In this document: positions 26,285-38,797 of the stretch, in pieces
Layout: every line of letters begins with the position of its first letter
Numbering within the stretch: the first letter of the stretch is position 1
NCBI GenBank assembly: GCA_951406725.2
Contig: OX597828.1
Location: 15,376,001-15,440,000, forward strand
Source: Octopus vulgaris
Lineage: Eukaryota
DNA length: 64,000 bases
Direction of reading: 5' to 3'
Notes under the pieces: model-generated
Told to the model about the DNA's origin: nothing
Databases searched by the model: none
The model's input: only the letters and a program-made list of their open reading frames with translations
Position numbers and translations under genes: made by a program

Positions 26285-26450
26285 GATGGGCTTCTTTCAG
26301 TTTCCGTCTACCAAATCCACTCATAAGGCTTTGGTCAGCCCAAGGCTATAGTAGAAGACACTTACCCAAGGTGCCATGCAGTGGGACTGAACCCGGAACC
26401 ATGTGGTTCATAAGCAAGCTACTTATCACACAGCCACTCCTGCGCCTATA
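26028..26450 (-). mobile_element. SINE family A, intact copy
   Basis: Full head-to-tail match. Further copies at about 3746-4087(+), 9648-10060(-), 14120-14545(-), 15990-16925(-), 20890-21550(-, two), 25135-25550(+), 29815-30260(-), 37430-38112(-), 41810-41972(-), 47830-48465(-), 50970-51325(-), 60603-61340(-). Confidence 0.9.
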
Positions 26451-27141
26451 GAGCCACTCCTATGCCTATGTATATATATATGTTCTTTGTTTAAATAAGT
26501 TTGGAATAATATTCACTCATATTATTATTATTATTATATATATATATACGTGCATGTGTGTGTCTTTGTATCTGTGTTGTTTAAGTGAGTATATGTCACT
26601 TCAAAATGATACTAGCAACCCAAAATGAGCACACATCTCTAAAACAAAATAGGTCTAAACAGAATTTCATGCTCTCATGGCAAAGGTGTATCTTGAGAAA
26701 TATTCCAGGAATGTATTAGAGCATTTATTTAACAATGCAGCTGTTCATTGTTAGGTCAAAGTTTCTATCTATAATATCCATAACTATTTGAAACACCTGC
26801 TATTGTAATTCATCATCATCATCATCATGAGTTTTACTGTCCACTTTTCCATGCTAGCATGGGTCAGATGGATGCCCTTCCTGTTGCTAATTCTCAAATG
26901 TTTCCAAGTCAGATTATATATTTCCTCATGACCAGATATGTTTTCATGAAAGGACTGGAAATGAAGGAAACTGCTTGTATACTGGAGATACCTATTGTAC
27001 AACTATAACACAAAGTCATCTTAAGGAAACAGTAATACACAGATACATATTTTGATGTTTTGTTGTTTTTTTTCCCCCTCACATTAAATGTTTTTGTCCC
27101 GATTTCACTTTGAAAGTGGCAGTCTCACTTTGAAGTGACAG

Positions 27142-27361
27142 CCTGATTTTGAAATCCTTAATGCCTGATTTTGAAATCCTTAATACCTGATTTTGAAATC
27201 CTTAATGCCTGATTTTGAAATCCTTAATACCTGATTTTGAAATCCTTAATGCCTGATTTTGAAATCCTTAATGCCTGATTTTGAAATCCTTAATGCCTGA
27301 TTTTGAAATCCTTAATGCCTGATTTTGAAATCCTTAATGCCTCATTTTGAAATCCTTAATG
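27142..27361. repeat. 22-bp minisatellite x10 (cctgattttgaaatccttaatg)
   Basis: Ten contiguous units. Units 2 and 4 end in A; unit 10 has one substitution. Confidence 0.97.
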
Positions 27362-28198
27362 TCACAGTGAAGAAAAATCTATTTGCTTAGAGTCAGAAAT
27401 GCTGTAGTAGATAGAATATACCATCTATCTGGTATGTACTCACAGTACATACATTGTACCTACTTAAGAATAAAGGAACTAAGCTATGAAAATCTGAATG
27501 TCTTGCTGCCAACACATCACTGTCATCATCATCATTTTAACATCCACTTTCCCATGTTTGCATGGGTCAGGCAGAATTTATTGAGGTAGATTTTTCTACA
27601 CCTGGATGCCTTTCCTGTTTCCAACCCTCGTGATCGTTGACAGAGCGGCTAACCGGCTTCCGTGCCAGTGGCATATAAAAGGGCACCATTCGAGTACGAT
27701 CAGTGTCGCCTTACTGGCACTTGTGCATGTCCTAGTAGGGTGCTAATCCGAGTGTGATCGTTGCCAGAGAAGCCAACTGGCTTCCGTACCCGTGGCACGT
27801 GTAAAAAGATTCGAGCGAGGTCGTTGCCAGTACTGCCTGACTGGCGCCTGTGCCGGTGGCACGTAAAAAGCATCCACTACACTCTCGGAGTGGATGGCTT
27901 TAGGAAGGGCATCCAGCTGTAGAAACTCTGCCAGATCAAGATTGAAGCCTGGTGCAGCCATCTGGTTTGCCAGCTCTCAGTCAAAATCGTCCAACCCATG
28001 CTAGCATGGAAAGCAGACGTTAAACGATGATGATGATGACGATGATCTATTTCCTACTAAGAAACCGTGACTAGACAAGTTTTCATGGAAGACTGGAAAT
28101 GAAGGACCACTGCTTATATAGTGGTGACATTCATTTATAACCATCGTGTGATGTCAAAGCAAAGAGATGGTAACACACACATACAGCAGGCTTCTTTC

Positions 28199-28525
28199 TG
28201 GCACCCATGCCGGATGATTCTCATCTGCCAGCAATATCTGTCTGTGCTCTTAGCACTGTACATCTAAATAAAAGGATCTCTCAAGGCTGCAGTATAAAAC
28301 TTCGGGAAGACTTCTGCCCATCCCCCCTAATTTCTCCCAAATTTGTTTAATTTTATAATTTTTTTTTTCCCCCCAAAATCCCCGTTTAGAAATGTTGATT
28401 TTTACCAATTTTTTTGCAAATTCGTATTCCCTGTAGCCGAAAAGTGGGGTTTGTGCCGAAAAAAAAAATTTTTTTAAAGGGTGGTTTTTGACGGTGGGGA
28501 TGGGCGGAAGTTTTGCCAAAACTTC
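28199..28525. mobile_element. Unclassified insertion in SINE A with subterminal inverted repeats and 3' hairpin
   Basis: Interrupts ggcttctttcagtttcc. IR 28310-28325 / 28496-28511 (15 of 16). Hairpin gaagtttt-gcc-aaaacttc. Confidence 0.6.
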
Positions 28526-28955
28526 TTTCAGTTTCCACCTACCAAATCCACTCACAAAGCTTTGGTTGACCTGGGGCTATAGTAAAAGGCACTTGCCCAA
28601 AGTTCCATGCAGTGGGACTGAATCCAGATACATGTGATTGAGAAGCAAACTTTTTGCCACACAGCCCCGGATGCACCTGTAATGTAATGCCAGTGGAAGG
28701 ATACAAACTCCCAACCTCCTAGTTGGTTAACTGGTACCTTTTCAACTTGGCCATCTATACTTTGTGGATGTACTACAAACCTGAGTATCAGCTCAAGCAA
28801 AGAACATTGACTAATATGTCTTACTCAGAGATACAACATAAAAGTTGCAGATTTGTAGTCAACAATGAAGCATTACCTTGTTCTTTGGTAGACATTTTTC
28901 ATCCCTTTTTTCTATCCATCAATCCATTTTTGCAATCTATTATTCTTATGACAGT

Positions 28956-29272
28956 TGTGGGGCACTCCCTCCATGGGCACTATGGGGCACCTCCTCCATG
29001 AGAATTATGGGGCATCTCCTCCATGGGTATTATGGGGCACCTCCTCCATGGGTATTATGGGGCACCTCCTCCATGGGTATTATGGGGCACCTCCTCCATG
29101 GGTATTATGGGGCACCTCCTCCATAGTCATTATGGGGCACCAACTCCATGGGAATTATGGCGCATCTCCTCCATGGGCATTACGGGGCACCTCCTCCATG
29201 GACACTATGGGACACCTCCTCCAAGAGCACTATGAAGCACCTCCTTCATAGACACTATAGAGCACCGCCATT
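28956..29272. repeat. 25-bp minisatellite, about 12.6 units (tatggggcacctcctccatgggtat)
   Basis: Strict 25-bp period (28956, 28981, 29006...). Units at 29031-29105 are identical; the edges diverge. Confidence 0.95.
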
Positions 29273-29460
29273 ATAGGATCCTATCAGAAGCAATCATTGT
29301 TATACTCTCCTGTTGGATTATCACGCATGACCACTGGATATTATCCAGCCATCTCTTCTTTGATCTAGCCATAGGTCTCCTGCTGGGTGGTTCAGCTTGA
29401 AGAATTTGCCTTGTGATCTTTTCTTGTGGCGTTCTAACCAAACCACAGCTGTGACCTCCC
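29271..29460 (-). mobile_element. Decayed RTE-like LINE C-terminal fragment
   Basis: GLVRTPQEKITRQILQAEPPSRRPMARSKKRWLDNI...IASDRIL resembles the GHVxRM...KRPxGRPxKRWxD motif. Confidence 0.65.
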
Positions 29461-29665
29461 AGTGCAATGAAAACTGTCCCCCACAAATAACAAAGTAATG
29501 CTTAAAATATTTATTAGTGTTTACAGAAATACTTGGCTAAGGAGCTGAATGAGCACTCTTTGAACTGAGAGCATAAGTAGAAATGGTGACAGGAAGTGTA
29601 GGCTGTAGTTTATGTAAATTCTAACAACACAATAAAACAAGAGAAAGAGAAAACGAAAAGCTTAC

Positions 29666-29761
29666 CATGTACAAGGGTCTCCTTGAAACATATCAGCAAG
29701 AAAGACATTAGCAAAGTGAATTACAGCAGCACCAATTGCTTGTTTAGAAGTATCGTAGAAC
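29666..29761 (-). CDS. STIMATE: STIMATE exon (96 nt; [32 protein letters not shown], phase 2 to 2)
   Basis: Acceptor ctttatcag, donor gtaagc. Carries the family motifs [13 protein letters not shown] and DPC. Split TG|G Trp codons join correctly on both sides. Confidence 0.95.
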
Positions 29762-30030
29762 CTGATAAAGACAATAATAGCACAAAAGTCAAACCATTAC
29801 TACGTGTTTACCATTTTACTCCTTTTTACTTGTTTCAGTCATTTGACTGCGGCCATGCTGGAGCACCGCCTTTAGTCGAGCAAATAGAATAAGTACTAGG
29901 CTTCTTTGGAAGCCTAGTACTTATTCTATTGGTGTCTTTTGCCGAACCGCTAAGTTATGGACACGTAAACACACCACCATCGGTTGTCAAGCAACGTTGG
30001 GGGGGACAAACACAGACACATATATATATG

Positions 30031-30085
<55 letters not shown>

Positions 30086-30537
30086 GCATATATACGATGG
30101 GCTTCTTTCAGTTTCCGTCTACCAATTCCACTCACAAAACTTTGGTCGGCCCAAGGCTATAGTAGAAGACACCTGCCCATGGTGCCATGCAGTCGGAATG
30201 AACCCGGAACCATGTGGTTGGTAAGCAAGCTACTTACCACACAGCCACTCCTGTGCCTGTTTGGTGAACAACAGTGTCTAACATTGCACTTAAACACACA
30301 AATTACAAATGAAGTTTTTCTTCGAATTTTTTCCAAAATATTATCTGAAAGTTCATTGTGGTTAAACAGAATACTGGGCTTGAGTGTTTGGAAAGTTTGC
30401 TTTGAGCTGCATGGTTTCAGGTTCAGTCCCACTATGTGGCACCTTGATGAAGTATCTTCTATTCTATGGCACCCACAAGGCCAACCAAAACCTTGTGAAT
30501 GAATTTGGTAGGTGAAAACTGAAAGCAGCACTTGTCA

Positions 30538-30800
30538 TGTGTGTGTGTGTGTGTGTGTGTGTTGGTGTGTTTGTGTTGGTGTGTGTGTATTGGTGTGAGT
30601 GTTGGTGTGTGTGTGAGTGTTCGTGTGTGAGTGAATGTTGGTGCGTGTGTGGATTGGTGTGAGTGTTGGTGTGTATGTGTGTTGGTGTGCATGTGTGTGT
30701 TGGTGTGCATGTGTGTGTAAGCGTGCATGTTGGTGAGTGTGTGCATGTGTGTGTGTAGGCGTGCATGTTGGTGAGTGTGTGTGTGCATGTATGTTGGTGT
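30538..30800. repeat. Compound (GT)n-derived repeat with gttggt and gcatgt sub-units
   Basis: Read directly; source of the His/Thr-rich pseudo-ORFs. Confidence 0.9.
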
Positions 30801-31430
30801 CTCCAGGTTTTGACATCACATGATTTTTAAGTACAATATGTGAAGAGGGTAGCATTATATTCAACACTGCATTGTTATTCAAATAATAATGAGTCAAGGA
30901 CAGAGCCACTTTACAGTTGCCTGACCTGCAAGAAATAGAAGCCAAATTTCCCTTGAATCACATTTCAACAGATTAAGTAACGAAGGGTACTTTGGACAAT
31001 GTTGTTCCTAATACAAATTCATAGAAAAAAAAGAATAAAATTTAATGTAAATGAGTTCTGTTTGAGCTTGAGTAACCCAGGACTAAACAATAACATAGTA
31101 AGTACTGTTTGATTGTTATGCTAACACTCATCCGTAGCACTTACAGTTATTAAAGCCATCCTTCTCTTCAAACAATAAATGATACATTTTAAAGATTTCT
31201 TACTGCTTCTACTCCAACTGCCTCCACACTTCTTCAACAAATACCAACTATTATGTAAATATAAACAACCTATTATTTCCTCTCTTATTTTGTAATTTAA
31301 CATACACTGTAGAAAAACGTTAACAATAGCTATAGCATCATCAGACCCTCTTACAACCGCTAACCATTCTATTATCAAGGAAGTATAGAAACAGTATCAT
31401 CATCATCATCATCGTTATTATTATTATTAT

Positions 31431-31830
31431 AAGGCAGCGAGCTGGCAGAATCGTTAGCACGCCGGGAGAAATGCTTACCCGCATTTCATCTGCTGCTACG
31501 TTCTGAGTTCAAATTCCGCCTAGGTCAACTTTGCCTTTCATCCTTTCGGGGTCGATAAGTTAAGTACCAGTTATGCACTGGGGTCGATATAATCGACTTA
31601 ATTCATGTGTCTGTCCTTGTTTGTCCTCTCTGTGTTTAGCCCCTTGTGGGTAGTAAAGAAATAGGTATTTCACCTGTTGCTATGTTCTGAGTTCAAATTC
31701 CACCGAGGTCGACTTTACTTTTCATCATTTAGGGAGTCGATAAAATAGGTATCAGTTGAACACGGGGGTCAATGTAATCAACTCATTCCCTCCCCCAAAA
31801 TGGCTGCCATTGTGGCAAAACTTGAAACCA
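31431..31830 (+). mobile_element. tRNA-derived SINE family B (Meta-domain-like), full copy plus tandem partial copy
   Basis: aaggcagcgagctggcagaatcgttagc...gagttcaaattcc (B box), central gcctttcatcctttcggggtcgataa..agtaccag resembling the MetaSINE domain, gaaata tail. Other copies at about 7375-7590(+), 9430-9647(-), 16259-16500(-), 37795-38086(-), 43005-43228(-), 48081-48311(-), 49273-49503(-), 59099-59525(+), 59624-59833(-). Confidence 0.87.
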
Positions 31831-33029
31831 TTATTATTACTACCCCCCCCCCCCCCTTTGACCAGGCTCCCATGGCTTATACCACATGAGACTTTTTCTT
31901 TTTTCGAAGCGTCTCCTCTATTGGGAGTTTTGCGTTGTTAAAATTTTTGATTGTTAAACTGCTTTTTACTCGTTTTTTTTTTTTCACAAATGGACAAAAC
32001 CTTTTGTAACCTTTCGTCCTGTTTTGTCCCTTTATGTTTTCCAATCATATTTGTCAGCCCTTTGTGGCCAATAAAAAGATTTAATTATTATTATTATTAT
32101 TTTTTTTTTATTATCATTAGCATGCCAGGCAAAATGCATAGTGGAATTTTGTCCATCATTTACGCTCTTAGTTCAAAATCCACTGAGGTCAACTTTGCCT
32201 TTCATCCTCTCGGAGTCGATAAAATAAATAACAGTTGAGTACTGGAGTTGATGCAGTTGATTTACTCCTCCCTGAAATTACTGGCCTAACACCATTTGAG
32301 CGTGGCTGATGCCAGTACCGCCTGACTGGCCCTTGTGTTGGTGGCACGTAAAAGCACCCACTACACTCTGAGAGTGGTTGGCGTTAGGAAGGGCATCCAG
32401 CTGTAGAAACTCTGCCTGATCAGATTGGAGCCTGGTGCAGCCATCTGGTTCTCATGTCTTCAGTCAAATCGTTCAACACATGCTAGTATGGAAAGTGGAC
32501 GTTAAACGATGATGATGATACCTATCTATGATTTACCAATAATAAATAACTAATGATTATAATAATAATAATAATTCTAATTTCTGAGGAGAGAGAGACC
32601 CTAGTATTTGACTGGTACTTTAACCCTTTAGCATTCATATTATTCAGTCAAATATAATGCTTATTTATTCATATTGTTTCAAATTAATCCTGCATTACCT
32701 TGTGGCTTTGAGAAAAACATTGTAGGGTAGCTCAAGTGGCGTTTTTTACGTGCCACCTGCACAGAAGCCAGTCCAGCGGCACTGGCAATGACCTTGCTCG
32801 AATGTTTGTCACATGCCAACGGCACAAGTGCCAGTAAGGCGATGCTGGTAACGATCCCTTTTGAATGGTGCTTTTTATGTGCCACTTGGGATTACAACAC
32901 AAAGATAATAATAAAATTTTGAACTCATGACCGTGTGGTTGCTAATCTAGTACTTAATAGCGGATCCACTGTGCATGCAATCCTAAATATCATAAAAGAA
33001 AAACAGATGAGATCCTCCCTCACTTTTAC

Positions 33030-33327
33030 TAGAGAGACATATGAAGACCTTTGGCATCTCCCCAGACACGTGAAAGGAGAAGGCCCTGTGACATGATGAA
33101 TGGCATCAATTGTGAAGCTCATAATTCCAGCCACAGCAGAAATGAAAGAGTACAAGAAAGGTGCCACTTCCCAGTTGTGTCAAGTAGGTTCCCCTGCAAC
33201 AGATGTCATTGCTGCTGCAGATCAAGAGAAAGCCTTGTAGCCCACAAGTGACCCTGCCAGAGGTGATTACTGAACAAAACAATCAACATTGACCTATGAT
33301 GGGCAGCCAAAGAAGCAGAAGAAGAAT
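33030..33327 (+). mobile_element. RTE-BovB-like LINE 3' end with C-terminal Cys/His motif and (GAA)n tail
   Basis: MKTFGISPDT*KEKAL*HDEWHQL...FPCNRCHCCCRSRESLVAHK*PCQR*, a short UTR, then aagaagcagaagaagaa. Confidence 0.7.
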
Positions 33328-33613
33328 ACACAATATAATTAGTCTCCAGATGTTACAATGACCATTATGTAAATTGTTTGGTTTTCTTCCCTGTTCTACT
33401 CCAGGGAAACAATATCCTTCTTGTGTTGATGAAAAGAAGGTATTTAGTTTTAGACATCAATTCATTTTATCCTTGGCATAAGCATGGCAGTGTGGTTAAG
33501 AAGCTTGCTTTGCAACTATGTAGGTTTGAGTTCAGACCCACTGCAAGGCACTTGAGCTACAGTCTGACCAGTGCTTTTTGACTGAATTAGGTAGAGAGAA
33601 ACTGTGTAGAAGC

Positions 33614-33663
<50 letters not shown>

Positions 33664-34847
33664 TGACAGCCAGTATTGGTTTGTTTGCATCCCCATAAAT
33701 TAGTGCTTCAGCAGAAGAAATTGACAGAATAAGCATCAGTACCAGAATTCTAAATACCTAAAAGTACTACTAGGGTCGATTTATTTGACAAACCTCTTTG
33801 AGGCAGTGCTTCAGCATGGCTGCAGTCCATTGAAAAAAAGACAAAAGATACTGATTAGTTCAGTAAACAAAAGTAGAACATTAACTAATTTAAACAAAGA
33901 AATATATAACTTATAGACTAACACTGTGGCTTTTTGTTTTGTCCCATTAAACCGAGAATGTAATATGATAGTAGATCATCAGAGAGTATGCTTCATCTCA
34001 GAATTGTGAATATCAATTGTCAGAAACACAATTTTACTGTAGCCACTGTTGTTAAGCTTCAAGTCAGCTCTGATTCAGCAGCCCTATTCCAGCCATGACT
34101 ATCTGGTCTTTTTGTATATTTATCGCTACATTATTTAATGTGCCCTTACCATTTTTTTTTCTAAAGAAGGTAGGGTGTGGTAGATCACATGATCCAGTCC
34201 TTGTTGCAGTGTGGTGGCTTTTGTGTGTCAATGACCCAGAGTGCTATACCAGCAGAGCACAAGTTCTTGATAAGGGTCTCCCATACTGGACAAGTCAAAG
34301 GATAGAGGCCAGATTAATGTGAAGCACCTCTTCCTAGAGGTGAAAATGGGTTTGCACAGGGCCAACACATTCCTACCTAGAAAACAAGCAAAATTACAGA
34401 AGTATTGATGACAATTCAAAACCAACAAATGGCACCCTGCTGATGTTTTGTAAATGGCACTTGTGTCATATAAGTGGCATGTAAAAGTACCAACTCTTGG
34501 AGTGGTTGGTGTTAGGAAGGGCATCCAGCTGTAGAAACCATGGCAAATCAGACTGGAACCTGGTGCAGCTCCCTGGGTTACCAGTTCCAGACGAATCATC
34601 TAACCCATGCCAGCATGGAAAGCAGACGTTAAATGATGATGATGAAGACCTGGAGAGAGGACAACATAAGAGTGGAGAAAGGTTGCTATTTTCAGCAGGT
34701 CATGACACTTTGTAGATGCTCTCTTGCTAGCTACAATTGTCATTGTTATTAAACCCAAGGGATTTTAGCTGAGACCTCCCATCTTTTTGTTTTCAGACAT
34801 AGTGTATCTAAGACTACATTAGCCAGTATATGTGTCCTATTTCTTAA

Positions 34848-35066
34848 CCCTTTCGTTACTGTATTTATTTTGAGATGCTCTGTGTTTTTTTCAATTACTT
34901 TAAATATAACAAGGAATTTAGTAAAGTAACTTAGTTATCATTAAGCTAGTGTTAGGAACATAAATTGTGATAAGGTTTGGTGGAAGATTTTAATTCAAAA
35001 CTTATGAAAACAAAACATTTGTACTCAAAGCCAGAGCCGGTTTCAGCCGGGTTGGTAACAAAAGGG
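34848..35066. mobile_element. piggyBac-type MITE family 1
   Basis: TTAA|CCCTTTCGTTAC...GTAACAAAAGGG|TTAA: TTAA target duplication and CCC/GGG termini. Confidence 0.88.
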
Positions 35067-36642
35067 TTAAAGGAAGGAAGAAATGTTATGAAGTCAATTT
35101 AGCTGTTATTTCCAGCAGGCTCAATTTTCACATAGAAGCTACCTTGCTGGCTCATGTAAATAGCTTTATGAATTTATTAAAAAGGTCAGCTGGTAGACAT
35201 GGTATAACAGCTGACTATGTGCATAATATATAATAATAGAGTATAATATTATATATTGGATGCCTAGCTACTGTCTTAGCATAACCTTTGTTAATAACAA
35301 TAAACATGTTTGTTTATATTTATATAAGAACGACTGGAATGATTCTAATTTCATTTAATAGTTATTATTGTTTTTACTTCCAAAGTACATATAAAACAGT
35401 TCATTAGTTAAATTTAGTAGCTGCTGTAATTTGCATGTAACTCCAGGCCAGTTCTGTTCAAGACCTACAGTTATGGAGGTAAGTCAGTCAGCTTACCAGT
35501 GATATGCAATCCACAGATCCAGAGCTCAAGATATGCGATATTGCCATCTAGTTGGAGACCAGTTTGAGGGTGGCAGGCTTATGTCCCTCTGTGGACACAC
35601 AATTGCAATCATCAAATATTTAGTCAATGTTTGGTTGTAAATACAATTTACTCCGTGCCAGTGACATGTTAAAAGCACCGTCCGAACGTGGCAGATGCCA
35701 GCGCCACCTGACTGGCATCTGTGTCGGTGACACGTAAAAGCACCAACCGATCATGGCTGTTTGCCAGCCTCCCCTGGCCCCTGTGTCGGTGGCATGTAAA
35801 AAGCACCCACTACACTCATGAAGTGGTTGGCGTTAGGAAGGGCATCCAGCTGTAGAAACACTGCCAGATCAGACTGAAGCATGGTGCAACCACCTGGCTT
35901 CCCAGACCCCTGTCAAACCGTCCAACCCATGCTAGCATGGAAAACGGACGTTAAACGATGATGATAAGTGGATGAAAATGATTGATCTTTAGTTTAGGAA
36001 CTATAAGTTGTCAACAACAACCAAATTAATTTCCCTCACACACACATAAATGTGTGTGTGTATGCATATACAACTTTTATACAATAAGCATAAAAACAAC
36101 AAGCTGTTGAAAATCTAAGCTGATTTCCTCTTAATCTTATTTTGTTTCATTAGCAATTCTATTAAATTATTTCCTTCACTATATTAGCCTGTAAACATCA
36201 AAAGGGTGATATAAACTCAAGTGACTTATAACAAACAGGTAAGAAATTTGCATCTACAAAGATCATCATGATGTTTGCATGGATCAGATGGAATTTGTTG
36301 AGGTAGATTTTCTACAGCTGGATGCCCTTCCTGTTGCCAACCCTTATCGGATTCCAAGTAAGGTATTAATCTCCATGGTCAGATATGCTTTTGCAAAAGA
36401 TTCGATATGATGAGCACTGCTCGTATAACAATGACATTTGTATACAACTATCACATGACGTCAAGGCAAGGTGCCATATACTGGGATTGAACATGTAAAC
36501 ACAAGGTTCTTACCACGCACTGCATCTGTGCAAATAAAATGCAACTAGCTGCACCTATCCATTACTGCCTGGGAGATCAATTTTACCACATTTTCTTTTG
36601 TGTTGGAATTCTGCAAGTTTTATTATTTATATGTATAAGTCA

Positions 36643-36981
36643 TGAAGGCGCATGGCTCAGTGGTTAGAGTGTCGAGCTTACGATCATGAGGTTGTGAGTT
36701 TGAATGCCGGACCAGGCTGTGTGTTGTGTTCTTGAGCAAGACACTTTATTTCATGTTGCTCCAGTTCAATCAGCTGTAGAAATGAGTTGCGATGTCACAG
36801 GTGTCAAGCTGTATCGGCCCCTTTGCCTCTTCCCTTTGGACAACATCAGTGGTGTGGAGAAGGGAGGCTGGTATGCATGGGCAACCGCTGGTCTTCTATA
36901 AACAACCTTGCCCAGACTTGTGCCTAGGAGGGTAACTTTCTAGGTGCAATCCCATGGTCAGTCATGACCGGAGGGGGTCTC
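36643..36981 (+). mobile_element. tRNA-derived SINE family D (V-domain-like)
   Basis: Head gaaggcgcatggctcagtggttagag, centre gttgtgttcttgagcaagacacttt, end gggggtctc. Copies at 21640-21957(+) and 54298-54633(-). Confidence 0.85.
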
Positions 36982-38755
36982 AACAATGTATAAGTCACAC
37001 CCTTTGCCTTGAAAATATAACGTACAGACCAGTATATAACCCATTAATTGAGTATATAAGAACTTCAATACAAAACGTACAGTACATATTGTAAATAACA
37101 GTCCATAAAGTATTGTTTTGTGGTTTAAGTTTGTGATAGCACACTTTATTCATTCATTTACTATTCAATAACAGAGGGTTGAGAGCTGGCAGATTCATTA
37201 GCATGTGGGACAAAATGTTTAGCAGCATTTTATCCGGCCTCACATTCTGAGTTCAAATTCTGCTGAGGTCAACTTTGCCTTTCATCCTTTTTGGGGTTGA
37301 TGAAATAAGTACCAGTTAAGCACTGGGGGGTCTATTTAACTGATCAGCCTCCTCCCTACAAAATTTTAGGCCTTGTGGCTATAGTACAAAGAAATTACTA
37401 TTTAATAATCAAAATCTCTTTTATCTTTTATCTTTTACTTGTTTCAGTAATTAGACAGCTGCCATGCTGGGGCACTGCCTTTGATTCAAACAAATCAATC
37501 TCAGGACTTATTTGTTTAAGACTGGTACTACTCCAAGTGATATCTTTTGCTGAACTGCTAAGTTACAGGGATGTAAACAAACCATCAATGGTTGTCAAGT
37601 GGTGGTGGGAGACAAACACAAAGGCACATACACACACACATGCATGCATGACAGGCTTTTTTCAGTTTCCATCATTTGCCAAATCCACTTACAAGCTTTT
37701 GGTTGTCTCAAGGCTATAGTAGAAGACACTTGCTCAAGAAGCCATGCCGTGAGTTTGATCATAGAATCATGTGGTTGAGAAGCAAACTTCTTATTTCTTT
37801 ATTGCCCACAAGGGGCTAAACATACACAAACACACATTTATTATTCTTATACAACAATATCGTTGATAGTGACTTTGAAGTCTTAGACAGCTAAGCCATC
37901 AGGACAGACAAAGGGATAAAGTCGATTACATCAACCCCAGTGCGTGACTGGTAATTAATTTATCGACCCCCGAAAGGATGAAAGGCAAAGTCGACCTCAG
38001 CGGAATTTGAACTCAGAACGTAACGGCAGACAAAATACTGCTAAGCATTTCGCACGGTATGCTAGTTTCTGCCAGCTCACTGCCTTCTTACCACACAGCC
38101 ACGCTTGTACCTATATAATGATAATTTCCAAATCCCCATAATTCATTGAAGGCAAACTAACTTTCTGAACCCCTTATTGACAAAACGTGAAACCAATTAA
38201 ATATTATTAGTATACAGTATCCTGGGACCATGTGAATAAAGAGCAGATCAGTGCATTGTATTGTGTGTATATTGTTAGTATAAAATTTGTTCCTTCTTGA
38301 TAAGCTTCCAAACACGTTTTGCGTTTTAAACCAGAAAAAGGAATTGGCTATAACTGAAATACAAAGGAGAACAGTACGTAACATGGGAGGGTAATTAAAG
38401 TGCGTTACTTGTTGTGTAATTGCTTACAATGAAATTTTGATAAAATGCATTGGTGAATGTGATTGAATGAAATAGAATTATTAAATATAGGTAATTAAGA
38501 ATTCATTAATATGGGTTTAATTTGTTAAGAGCTACTAATAGATATCTTTACATGTAGCTTTATTTAAATATATTACAACAGGGGGTGGGGGAGGAGAATA
38601 TAATGCTTAGTTGTCAATATTTTGATGGAAATTTCCTAAGTGTACATATACATATATGTGTATATATGCATATATATGTAAATATACATACACATATATA
38701 TGTATATTGGGAAAAAGTCAAGGTAGAAAATGCTAAAATAATTTTATAAAAAACA

Positions 38756-38797
38756 TTTCAGTACCAGTTTCAGTCATGGAGACTTTTTCAACTGTAA
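38756..38797 (-). ncRNA. Minimal type I hammerhead ribozyme-like motif (U3-A8 variant)
   Basis: Minus strand: ttacag-TTGAAAA-agtc(tccat)gact-GAAA-ctgg-TA-ctgaaa. Helices I and II and the core are in canonical order. Confidence 0.6.

Noticed and set aside
28723-29251. GYYGAPPPW-repeat protein
   Set aside because: The 25-bp period is not a multiple of 3, so all frames give the same cyclic peptide. No splice signals support it.
27142-29272. 22-bp and 25-bp arrays as CRISPR arrays
   Set aside because: Units are contiguous with no unique spacers, there are no cas genes, and the context is a eukaryotic intron.
31121-31378. 85-aa minus-strand ORF as an extra exon or nested gene
   Set aside because: No recognisable domain, no place in the STIMATE alignment (already contiguous), and no convincing splice pair.
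36643-36720. tRNA genes at SINE heads (also 25640, 46677, 54560)
   Set aside because: The tRNA-like A/B boxes run into SINE bodies, with no closed acceptor stem or adjacent terminator.
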